A stretch of 64,000 nt of DNA from an uncultured Gemmatimonadales bacterium (GTDB lineage: Bacteria; Gemmatimonadota; Gemmatimonadetes; Longimicrobiales; RSA9), in NCBI GenBank assembly GCA_963798085.1, contig CAWCRS010000005.1, positions 160,001 through 224,000 on the forward strand, in the 5' to 3' direction. A program made the position numbers and the translations under genes. The notes beneath the pieces are model-generated. The model saw only the letters and a program-made list of their open reading frames with translations. It was not told where the DNA came from and made no database searches. This document shows positions 39,093 to 48,199 of this stretch, in pieces. How positions within the stretch are numbered: the stretch's first letter is position 1; the number at the start of each line of letters is the position of its first letter.

Positions 39093-42000
39093 ATGCTTGG
39101 ATTCAGTGACGCCACACAGCTTCGGCTTCTCACGGGGCAAGTCCGTTTGCGAAAGACGATCGTATTGCTGGCGGCGGCGATGGCGGGCTGGGCGGTGCCC
39201 GTTGTCGGCTCGTTCGTGGCTGGGCCTGCACCGGCCTGGCTGCCGGCGGCGCTGTGGGGCGCTTCCCTGCTCCCGGCCGTCCTCGCCGGCCGGCGCTGGC
39301 GCGCGGGCGGCGCGCTGGGCGCCAGCGCAATCAGTGTCGGCCTGGCCGCCGCTGTGTATATCGGCGCGCCCGGGCTGGGCCTCACACCCGGCGCGCTGCC
39401 CATCCCTCCGGCCCGCGCCATCGCAATGCTGGCAGCCGCCTCCCTCATCGCGGGCATGGTGTCGGCCATCACACTGGGCCGGCGCCGGGGCTCACGCATC
39501 CATGCGCTGACCGATGCCGTGACCGGGTTGCCCAACCGGCGCCACGCCGAGCTGTTCCTGGAGCACGAATTCGCGGTCGCCGAGCTGGGCACGCCCTTCG
39601 CCATGATGATGCTGGATGTGGACGGCTTCCGCACGCTGACGGCGGCGCACGGCGAAGCAGCCGCTAACGGCATATTACGGGCGCTGGGCGGGATTCTGCG
39701 CCAGAACACGCGCAGCGCCAACCTGAGCGCGCACTGGGAGCGGGACCGCTTCGTCTGCCTCTTGAGCGGCGCGCTGGACCGGGGTGCGTTCATCTACGCG
39801 CGGCGCCTGCAGGAGCAGATTCGAGCGTCCGGCAACGTGGCGGCCATGCCTTCGGTCAGCATCGGGATCGCCTGCTACGACGGCGAGATGCGTGCACCCG
39901 TGCACCTGGTGCGGGCCGCCGAACGGGCGCTGCAGCAGGCCAAGCGGGAGGGTGGCGACCGCATCCGCTTTCATGGTCGTTCGCCCGACGACATGGAGCG
40001 GGCGCTGGGCGATGAAGGGCCGGGCGCGGGCGGACCCCGCGTGGAGGCGGAAGCCGACGACGCACCGGCGGGCACGCCGCGCAGCGCGTTCGTGTTCAGC
40101 CCGGACCACGCGCTGCGCCGTCGTCTGACCGACCATCTGGAACGGCGCGGCATGCGCGTCACCGAAGTCACGCGCGCCACCGAAGGCATCCGTCCGCTGA
40201 GCAGCGAATTCGACATCGTGGTGGTGGACCTGACGCGGGATGACCCGGGCGTTCGCGACCTGGTGCGCGAGGTGCGCCGTCGCTATCCCACCACGCGCAT
40301 TATTGGCATCCCCGGCGTGAAGGGCCAGGCCATTGATGCAGCGGCGCTGGCCGTGCCCGTGGATGGGCACCTGCTGCGCAGCAGTGGTAACTGGGTGTTT
40401 CAGCCGGCGCTCGAGGAGCTGCTGCGGGAGCGCGATCACCTGCGCGAGACGGCGCTGCGTGCGCTGCAGCTGTCCGACGAAGTACGGGTGAAGGAGCGCG
40501 AGACGCAGCGCGCAAGGCAGGAAGCCGAGGAGAAGCTGCGTTCTCTGGTGCAGTCCATCCGCGAAGTGCTGTTCCGCATGGATCGCTCGGGCGCCTGGAT
40601 CTCGCTGAGCCCGGCCTGGAGCACCATCACGGGTTACGCGATCGAGGCGTCGCTGGGGCGGCCGTGGCTGGAGTTCTTCCACGAGGATGACCGCGAGGCG
40701 CTGGCGCGCGATTTCGATGCGCTCACGTCCATCGAGCGGCCCTATCTGCGTCGCGAAGTCCGCGTGCGCACGCAGTCCGGTGGCGTGCGCTGGGTGGACG
40801 TGCGCGCGCAGCTGGCGCACGACCGCTTCGGCAACGTGCTCTCCGCGTCGGGGACGCTCACGGACATTACCGAGCGCCGGCGCATGGAAGAGGCACTGCA
40901 CCGCAACGAGGAGTACTTCCGGGCGCTCATCGAGAACGCCGCCGACCTGATTGCCGTACTCGATGCGGATGGTCGCGTGCGCTATGCGAGCCCGGCGGCG
41001 GAGCGCATTCTCGGACTGATGCTGCAGGACAGCACGGCCTCGCCGACGCTCGAGGACCTGGTGCATCCCGATGATCTGCCCGCAGTGCGCGCCGCGTTGC
41101 GCTCGGTGGAGACGCCCGGCGCCGCCTCCACGCTGGAGCTGCGTGCGCGTCACGCCAGCGGTGCGTGGCGCCACCTGGCTGTGTCGGTGCGCAATCTGGC
41201 GCACATCGGCGCGGTGCGCGGGCTGGTGATCAACGCGCACGATGTGACGGAGCGGCGGCAGGCGGAGCTGGCGCTGCGCGAGAGCGAGGAAGCGCTGTTC
41301 CGCGCGCGCAAGATGGATGCGATCGGCATGCTGGCGGGCGGCATTGCGCACGATTTCAACAATCTGCTGACGGCGATCCAGGGACACGTCGAGCTGGCGC
41401 AGGCCGCACTGGCGCCCGACCATCCGATCCGCGCCGACCTGTCGCGCATCCAGGAATCGGCGGCGCGTGCGGGCTCGCTCACCCGCCAGCTGCTGGCGTT
41501 CGGGCGCCGCCAGGTCATGCGCCCGAAGGTGCTGGAGCTGAACGTCTTCCTTTCCGACATGCAGAAGATGATGGTGCGCATGGTGGGCGAGCAGATCCAG
41601 CTGCGCACCGAGCTGGCGGCATCACCGGATCGCGTGCTGGCAGATCCCATGCAGCTGGAGCGCGCGCTGCTCAATCTGGCGGTCAACGCGCGGGACGCCA
41701 TGCTGCACGGCGGCACACTGACCATCCGCACGCGCTGGCTGTACATCGATGAGGAACAGGCGAAGCGGGATGACGTCTCGGCCGGCCCCTATGTCGAGGT
41801 GGCGGTCACGGACACGGGCCATGGTATTGCCGCCGACATCCTGCCGCACGTGTTCGATCCCTTCTTCAGCACCAAGCCGCTGGCCGTGGGCGTGGGTCTG
41901 GGGCTCTCCACCGTGTATGGCATCATCCGCCAAACAGGCGGTTATGTGCACGTGGAGAGTGTGGCCGGCGACGACGTGGTAGAGACTACCGGCACCACCT

Positions 42001-42452
42001 TCCGGCTGTATCTCCCGGCGGCCCGGGATGCGAGTATCGAAGCCGAGGCCGGGATGACAGCCACTGAAGCGCCGTCCGAGACGATCGCACTGGTCGAGGA
42101 TGAGCCCGCTGTGCGCGATCTGGCTACGCGCGTGCTGCGCGCACGGGGCTACAACGTGGTGGCCGCGGAAGACGGCCGGCAGGCGCTCGATCTCCTGGCG
42201 CGCTACCCCAGCCGCATCGACATGCTGGTCACGGACGTGGTGATGCCGGGCATGAGCGGCCGCGACCTCGCCGACCGGCTGGGCACGATGCGCCCGGGCG
42301 TCAAGGTGCTCTTCATGTCCGGGTACGCGCCGGAGGCCGTGGAGCAGCACGGCGTGCTGGCGCGCGGCAGCACATTCCTGGAAAAGCCCTTCTCGCCCGA
42401 TACGCTGCTGCGCCGCGTCCGCGAAATGCTCGACGGGCCGCCGCCCAACTGA
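39093..42452 (+). CDS. membrane hybrid sensor kinase: TM - degenerate GGDEF - REC-like - PAS - PAS - HisKA - HATPase - REC (start uncertain)
   Basis: [63 protein letters not shown]. Confidence 0.9.
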   Translation: MLGFSDATQLRLLTGQVRLRKTIVLLAAAMAGWAVPVVGSFVAGPAPAWLPAALWGASLLPAVLAGRRWRAGGALGASAISVGLAAAVYIGAPGLGLTPGALPIPPARAIAMLAAASLIAGMVSAITLGRRRGSRIHALTDAVTGLPNRRHAELFLEHEFAVAELGTPFAMMMLDVDGFRTLTAAHGEAAANGILRALGGILRQNTRSANLSAHWERDRFVCLLSGALDRGAFIYARRLQEQIRASGNVAAMPSVSIGIACYDGEMRAPVHLVRAAERALQQAKREGGDRIRFHGRSPDDMERALGDEGPGAGGPRVEAEADDAPAGTPRSAFVFSPDHALRRRLTDHLERRGMRVTEVTRATEGIRPLSSEFDIVVVDLTRDDPGVRDLVREVRRRYPTTRIIGIPGVKGQAIDAAALAVPVDGHLLRSSGNWVFQPALEELLRERDHLRETALRALQLSDEVRVKERETQRARQEAEEKLRSLVQSIREVLFRMDRSGAWISLSPAWSTITGYAIEASLGRPWLEFFHEDDREALARDFDALTSIERPYLRREVRVRTQSGGVRWVDVRAQLAHDRFGNVLSASGTLTDITERRRMEEALHRNEEYFRALIENAADLIAVLDADGRVRYASPAAERILGLMLQDSTASPTLEDLVHPDDLPAVRAALRSVETPGAASTLELRARHASGAWRHLAVSVRNLAHIGAVRGLVINAHDVTERRQAELALRESEEALFRARKMDAIGMLAGGIAHDFNNLLTAIQGHVELAQAALAPDHPIRADLSRIQESAARAGSLTRQLLAFGRRQVMRPKVLELNVFLSDMQKMMVRMVGEQIQLRTELAASPDRVLADPMQLERALLNLAVNARDAMLHGGTLTIRTRWLYIDEEQAKRDDVSAGPYVEVAVTDTGHGIAADILPHVFDPFFSTKPLAVGVGLGLSTVYGIIRQTGGYVHVESVAGDDVVETTGTTFRLYLPAARDASIEAEAGMTATEAPSETIALVEDEPAVRDLATRVLRARGYNVVAAEDGRQALDLLARYPSRIDMLVTDVVMPGMSGRDLADRLGTMRPGVKVLFMSGYAPEAVEQHGVLARGSTFLEKPFSPDTLLRRVREMLDGPPPN

Positions 42453-42517
42453 CGCACCGCATGGCGCGCGGAGTGCGATCCGCCGCAGAAGACCACCTTC
42501 CTTCGCCGCGAAGGGCT

Positions 42518-43120
42518 CTAGAAAAAGAAGCCGATGGCAACGCCGTCGCGGTCGCCGAGGCTGGCACCGAAGCGGACGATCAATTTGCGCGTGACGCGCA
42601 GATCGAGGCCGACGTCTACGGCAAACACGAGGTTGACGTCGCTGTCCTCGTTGCGATCGCGGCAGTCGAGACAGCCGTCGAGGACGACGCGCGGCGTGAG
42701 GTAGGGCAGGAAGCCGACGCCGTTGCCCTCGAACTGATGACCGATCGTGAGACCGAGGGGCGCGCTCACGAGTGCGCCGTGCTCCACGCCCATGCCGATG
42801 CCGCCCACCCAGTCGATGTCCAGAGGAAACTCCTCCGTGGAGCGGGTGAGCGAGCCGGCGAAGTCGATGCCGCCGTAGATGGCCACGTTATTGTCGATTG
42901 CGTCGGCGATCCCCGCGCGCAGGCCGAAGCCGTAGCTCGACGAGCGCCACATGCCCAGCACGCCGAGGTTGCCACCCGGCACATCGGCGAGAAAGAGCCC
43001 GACGCCATTGGGGGCTCGCGGTGGCAGCAGGAAGGGCGAATCCCACGCGACCTGTGCGGCGGCGGGATGGGCACCGAGGACGGACGCGATGATGATGAGA
43101 CCGGACGCGAGTCGCTTCAT
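42518..43120 (-). CDS. secreted probable outer-membrane beta-barrel protein
   Basis: signal peptide ending AAAQ, alternating beta strands, C-terminal Phe. Confidence 0.65.
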   Translation of the reverse strand: MKRLASGLIIIASVLGAHPAAAQVAWDSPFLLPPRAPNGVGLFLADVPGGNLGVLGMWRSSSYGFGLRAGIADAIDNNVAIYGGIDFAGSLTRSTEEFPLDIDWVGGIGMGVEHGALVSAPLGLTIGHQFEGNGVGFLPYLTPRVVLDGCLDCRDRNEDSDVNLVFAVDVGLDLRVTRKLIVRFGASLGDRDGVAIGFFF

Positions 43121-43292
43121 GTATGGCAGCTCCGTGCAGGACTGATCTGGGGGCGCGCACACCGGCGGCGGCGCACGCGACGAACGTGCGCAGCGGGCGC
43201 AACAAGCGCGCCAGAACACCAGGATCCGGCCGCTGGCCGCGTCCGGAAGCGTGCCTTTCAGCCCTCCGGCGCACACGCCGGAACGCCGCGCT

Positions 43293-43691
43293 TCAGACGA
43301 CCGCCTCGGCCTCGATCTCGACCAGCATGGCGGAGTCGACGAAACCCGTCACCACGACCATGGTGCTGGCGGGCATGGCCTCGGCGAAGACTTCGCCATG
43401 GGCGCGGCCCACCGCCTGCCAGTGGGCGGCGTCGCGGATGAACACGCGTGTGCGCACGACATCAGCCGGCGCTGCGCCAAGCGACTCGAGGGCGGCGCTG
43501 ATGATGCCGAGGCAGTGCTTCGTCTGGAGGTACGGATCACCCGGAAACGCAACGTTACCATCTTCGCCCACCGCTGCCGTGCCCGCGACCCAGATGCGCC
43601 GGCCCACACGTACAGCGCGAGAATAACCGACTGTTGCGGCCCACGGCGTCTGCGTGGGCACGCGTTGCCGTTCCCGTTTCCGCTTCTTCAC
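43293..43691 (-). CDS. RidA / YjgF family protein
   Basis: WAATVGYSRAVR, VAGT, DVVRTR, PASTMV, LVEIEAEA. Confidence 0.92.
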   Translation of the reverse strand: MKKRKRERQRVPTQTPWAATVGYSRAVRVGRRIWVAGTAAVGEDGNVAFPGDPYLQTKHCLGIISAALESLGAAPADVVRTRVFIRDAAHWQAVGRAHGEVFAEAMPASTMVVVTGFVDSAMLVEIEAEAVV

Positions 43692-43725
43692 GATCGGCCT
43701 CCTCTACTGTGCAGTTGGGCGCCAT

Positions 43726-44562
43726 TCAGCGCGGCACGGCCGCCACGGCGCGCAGCGGTCCGCCCGATCCGCCGCCAATCTTCATGGGCAGCGCAATGAT
43801 CCAGGCACCGGTAGCCGGCAACTGGTCGAGGTTGGTGAGATTCTCCATGCCGGGTACGTTCTTCGCCATCACGACCTGGTGCACGATGAAGTCCTGGGAT
43901 GCGCCGTAATCGATCGACGCGTCGTCGACGCCCAGCGCAGCGACCTGGCGCTGCTCCACCAGCAGCCTCGCCGCATCCTCACCGTAGCTCGGAAAATGGA
44001 GGTGTGAAGCGTCGCCCGGCTTGTCATCACCGAGGTACGTCTTCTTGTCCGGCCAGAAGCGACTCCAGCCCGTCCGCAGCACCACAATGGTACCGGGCCG
44101 GATCGCGCCGTGGGCACTCTCCCACGCGGTCACGTCCGCCGCTGTCAGTCGATAGTCGTGGTCCGCTGTGGCCTTGTCCGTGATGTCGATGACGGCGGCA
44201 GGTGCAATCAGATGCTCGAGCGAGACCTGATCCGCGGTCTGACCCGTCGCCGAGAAATGGATGGGCGCATCCAGGTGCGTGCCGCCGTGCTCGGGCGCAC
44301 TGAACATGAACGCACTGTAGAACCAGCCGCCGGGTGTGGGTCCGTACGATACGGTATCGAGCCTGAAGGCGGTGGGTGATGTGGGCCAGTAGAGCGTCGA
44401 GCTGTCGAACGTGTGGCTGAGGTCGATGAAGCGCGCGCTGGCCAGGTCGAAGGCATGGTCTGCCGTGCCGGTGGCGGTGCCCGCGCGCCCGGCGCAACCC
44501 GCGACCGCGAGAATCAGCAGCGCCGCTTCGAAGCGCAGCGGCGAGGCGAAGCGAGGACGCAT
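43726..44562 (-). CDS. cyclase family (kynurenine formamidase-like) lipoprotein
   Basis: lipobox VAGC, IDLSH, EHGGTHLDAP, LRTGW, ENL, LPMKIGGGSGGPLR. Confidence 0.9.
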   Translation of the reverse strand: MRPRFASPLRFEAALLILAVAGCAGRAGTATGTADHAFDLASARFIDLSHTFDSSTLYWPTSPTAFRLDTVSYGPTPGGWFYSAFMFSAPEHGGTHLDAPIHFSATGQTADQVSLEHLIAPAAVIDITDKATADHDYRLTAADVTAWESAHGAIRPGTIVVLRTGWSRFWPDKKTYLGDDKPGDASHLHFPSYGEDAARLLVEQRQVAALGVDDASIDYGASQDFIVHQVVMAKNVPGMENLTNLDQLPATGAWIIALPMKIGGGSGGPLRAVAAVPR

Positions 44563-44668
44563 GCTCGTGCCTCCATCGAGGGACGTGTCAGAGACGACGG
44601 GGTGTACGACTCTCCTGTGACGCACGGGCAAGATTCCGTGCGCCGCAATGGGCGTCAAGCGACACGCT

Positions 44669-46699
44669 TCAAAGCGAGCGGTGCTGTCGGATGGCTTTCC
44701 GGACGCGGTCCAGAAGTGTTTCGGGCGAGTAGGGCTTCTGCAGGAGGTCGACGAGCGCTTCGTTTACACCGTGGCGAACGATGGCATCGTCGGTGTAGCC
44801 GGACGTGAAGAGCACGGGCGTATCCGTACGGACGTGCGCCAGCGCATCCGCCAGCTCGCGGCCGCTGCGACCCGGCATCACGACATCGGTGAACAGCAGG
44901 TCGATGGGTCCGTCGTACGTGCCCGCAATCTCCAGCGCACGGTCCGCGTGCTCGGCATCGAGAACGGTGTAACCCGCGCTGCGCAGCGCGCGCGCCGCCA
45001 GCGTGCGCACGATGCCGTCGTCCTCGACGAGGAGAATGGTGTGGGCGACCGGTGACGTCGGGCTTTCGCCGGGATCCGCCGCCGTCTCGGCAGCCGCCTG
45101 TCCTTCGGCGGGCAGAAACACACGGAAGGTGGAGCCGAGGCCGGGCTCGCTCTCCACCTCAATGCGACCGCCAGACTGCTTTACGATGCTGTAGACGGTG
45201 GACAGACCGAGGCCGCTGCCTTTGCCGTGCTCCTTCGTGGTGAAGAAGGGCTCGAAGATGCGGGAGCGCACCTCGGGTGACATGCCGGAACCGGTGTCGG
45301 TTACTTCCAGTACGCCGCAGGCGCGCGGCCGGGCCGCGGCGGCCGAGCCGGATTCGCCCGGTGTGCCGCTGTCCGGGCGTGTGGCAATGCGGAGTCTGCC
45401 GCCCGTGGGCATGGCATCGCGGGCGTTGACCACGAGGTTGAGCAACACCTGATCGAGCTGCACGGGATCGGCGCGCACGAAGAGCGTTTCCGCGTGCAGA
45501 TCAAGGACTACGCTCACGTCCTCCCCTAACACGCGTTTCAGCATGGGTTCGAGCTCGTGCACGGCCTGGGTCAGATCGACGGGACGCAGTTCGAGCAGCT
45601 CGCGGCGGCCCAGCGTGAGCAGCTGGCGCGTCAGTGTCGCCGCGCGTTGCGCGGCGGTCTGGATGCGCTCCAGGTCGGCGCGCACATCGCCGGGATCGGG
45701 AAATTCCTCCAGCAGGAACTGTGTCACGCCGAGGATGCCCGTCAGCACGTTGTTGAAGTCGTGGGCCACGCCGCCGGCGAGCCGGCCAATGGCTTCCATC
45801 TTCTGCGCCTGCTGCAGCTGCTCCTCGAGCTTGCGCTGCGCGGTGAGATCGTGCGTCAGGCCGACGAAGCCGATGACGTTGCCGTCGCGATCGAACAGAG
45901 CGGAATCGGTGATGAGCGCGGGGAACGTCGTGCCATCCTTGCGCTGCAGCATGAACTCGCCGATCCATGGTCGGCCGGCGCGCAGTGCTGTCATCACTTT
46001 GACGGCGCGATCCGCTTCCACTACCGGCACGAGATGCTCGAGAGCATTGCTGCCCATGACTTCGGCGGCGCTCCAGCCATACAGTGTCTCGGCAGCGCGG
46101 TTCCAGTAGGTAATGCGGCCGTCCGCATCGAGTGCGACCGCGGCCTGGGCCATGGTGTCGAGGATGCGAGCCTGGAAGCGGATCTGCTCTTCATCGCGGT
46201 GCCGTTCGACGGCGCTGCCCACGAAGTTGGCGATCGTCTGCAGGAAATTGGCGTCGTTCTGATCGAAGCTGCGCCGCGACCGGTGATACGCGCCGAGCAC
46301 GCCGAAGGGCCGGTCGCGACCGGGAATCACGACGCTCAACGCGCTGATCATACCCAGTTCGACGAGCACCACGGGGCGGCGCAGCCGAGGCTCGGCGCGC
46401 AGGTCCGGGATGAGCAGCGGGCCCTTCGTCGCCACTGTCAGGCCGGCCAGCGATCCCTCGCCCGCGGCCACTTCGAAGTTGCCCACAGCGCCGGCTGGCC
46501 ACGGTCCGGCCGCCGCCTGCACGCGCATGAGGTCACCGGTGGCATCGAACTCGAGCAGTGCCGTAGCATCAACCTGCAGGACGGCGCGCAGGTGCTCTGC
46601 CGTCCGCTGCATCAGCTGAGGCAGAGGCAGGTTGGCGAGCGCGAGCGCACTCAGCTCCGCGGACGCGGCCGGCACGGCAGCGCGCTCGTGGTCCGGCAT
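44669..46699 (-). CDS. hybrid sensor kinase GAF-PAS-HisKA-HATPase-REC
   Basis: [48 protein letters not shown]. Confidence 0.92.
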   Translation of the reverse strand: MPDHERAAVPAASAELSALALANLPLPQLMQRTAEHLRAVLQVDATALLEFDATGDLMRVQAAAGPWPAGAVGNFEVAAGEGSLAGLTVATKGPLLIPDLRAEPRLRRPVVLVELGMISALSVVIPGRDRPFGVLGAYHRSRRSFDQNDANFLQTIANFVGSAVERHRDEEQIRFQARILDTMAQAAVALDADGRITYWNRAAETLYGWSAAEVMGSNALEHLVPVVEADRAVKVMTALRAGRPWIGEFMLQRKDGTTFPALITDSALFDRDGNVIGFVGLTHDLTAQRKLEEQLQQAQKMEAIGRLAGGVAHDFNNVLTGILGVTQFLLEEFPDPGDVRADLERIQTAAQRAATLTRQLLTLGRRELLELRPVDLTQAVHELEPMLKRVLGEDVSVVLDLHAETLFVRADPVQLDQVLLNLVVNARDAMPTGGRLRIATRPDSGTPGESGSAAAARPRACGVLEVTDTGSGMSPEVRSRIFEPFFTTKEHGKGSGLGLSTVYSIVKQSGGRIEVESEPGLGSTFRVFLPAEGQAAAETAADPGESPTSPVAHTILLVEDDGIVRTLAARALRSAGYTVLDAEHADRALEIAGTYDGPIDLLFTDVVMPGRSGRELADALAHVRTDTPVLFTSGYTDDAIVRHGVNEALVDLLQKPYSPETLLDRVRKAIRQHRSL

Positions 46700-46998
46700 G
46701 CGCTGCGCGGCTGGCTGTGCCCCGTGGTCAGGGAACCGTTGATCCAAGGAGCTCCTTCCGGCTCGTCCGAGAGCGACGAGCGCGCCTTCCCCGGCAACGC
46801 TCGCAGTAGGGCAAAGGATCGGCCGTCGGGCGTGCAACCGGTGTCGGGACATGACCGACACGCGTGTAGGCACAGGCGCGACCGGTGGCAGGCGATCTCG
46901 CATGAAAGCTCGGTCCCGATGGACCGATACTGCAGATACGCGCCGCCGCTGCCCGGGAGTCAGCGGCGCACCGGCCTATGCATCTGCAGGTGAAGCCC

Positions 46999-48108
46999 AT
47001 GAATGCGACGAACGGGGAATTCACGCAAAAGGAAACCCATCGCGTGCTGATCGTGGACGATGAGGATCTGATCGTGCACGCGCTCGAACGCGTCATGCGA
47101 CGGCAGGGATACGAGCAGGTACAGACGACGACGGATTCGCGTATGGTCCTGTCGCTGTTTCAGGAATTCCAGCCTGACATTGTACTGCTCGACCTGCATA
47201 TGCCCGGACTGGACGGTCTGGCGCTGCTGCAGCAGCTGGGGTCGCGCGTGCCGGACGATCAGTTCCTGCCGCTGGTCGTACTCTCGGGTGACATGACGGC
47301 GGAAGCCAAGCAGCGCGCACTGGCGCTGGGCGCTTCGGATTTCGTGGCCAAGCCCTACGACGCGGCCGAGGTGACGCTGCGCGTGCGCAACCTGCTACGT
47401 CTGCGCGATTTCACAGGGCGGCTGGAAGACCGCGTGGTAGAGCGGACGCGCCAGCTGAAAAGCGCCGAAGTGGATGTCGCCAATCGCATGGCGCTGGTGG
47501 CCGAGTACCGCGACTACGAGGATGGCGCGCACGTGCAGCGCGTGGGTCAGCTCTCGGCCGCCATCGCGCAGAACCTCGATCGGCCCGCAGCAGAAGTCGA
47601 GCTGCTGCGTTACGCGGCGCCGCTGCATGACATTGGCAAGATCGCGATTCCGGATTCCATTCTGCTCAAGCCGGGGCCGCTGTCGCTGGACGAGCTGGAT
47701 GTGATGAAGGCTCACACCACCATCGGTGCGCGCATGCTGGCCGGCAGCAACTCGCCCATCCTCCAGATGGCTGAGGAAATCGCGCTCTACCATCACGAGA
47801 ACTGGGATGGCACCGGCTACACGCCCGGTCTGCGCGGCGAGCAGATCCCGTTGTCCGGCCGCATCGTCTCGGTGGCGGACGTCTTCGACGCGCTCACCCA
47901 CGCCCGGCCCTACAAGACGGCGTGGACGCTGGATGAAACCCTGGGCTGGATGCAGTCGATGCGCGACCGCAAGTTCGACGCGCGTGTGCTGGATGGGCTG
48001 CTGCGTGCAGCGCACACGCTGGAGCAGATCGAATCGGCCAGCGAGCACGTGCCGCCGGAGGCCCAGCTGCCGATACTGGCCGACGTGAGCGCGGCGGCCA
48101 GCGCCTAG
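46999..48108 (+). CDS. REC-HD-GYP response regulator (c-di-GMP phosphodiesterase family)
   Basis: LIVDDE, LLDLHMP, PLHDIGKI, HHENWDGTGYTPGL, VADVFDALT..RPYK. Confidence 0.92.
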   Translation: MNATNGEFTQKETHRVLIVDDEDLIVHALERVMRRQGYEQVQTTTDSRMVLSLFQEFQPDIVLLDLHMPGLDGLALLQQLGSRVPDDQFLPLVVLSGDMTAEAKQRALALGASDFVAKPYDAAEVTLRVRNLLRLRDFTGRLEDRVVERTRQLKSAEVDVANRMALVAEYRDYEDGAHVQRVGQLSAAIAQNLDRPAAEVELLRYAAPLHDIGKIAIPDSILLKPGPLSLDELDVMKAHTTIGARMLAGSNSPILQMAEEIALYHHENWDGTGYTPGLRGEQIPLSGRIVSVADVFDALTHARPYKTAWTLDETLGWMQSMRDRKFDARVLDGLLRAAHTLEQIESASEHVPPEAQLPILADVSAAASA

Positions 48109-48199
48109 CCTGCAACGGACTGCACCGCGGGCGACGCCTGCGTGTTGGAGCCGGAGCGCGAGCGCATTGCCAATACGCCCGCCGTACTGCCCTGAGGAA

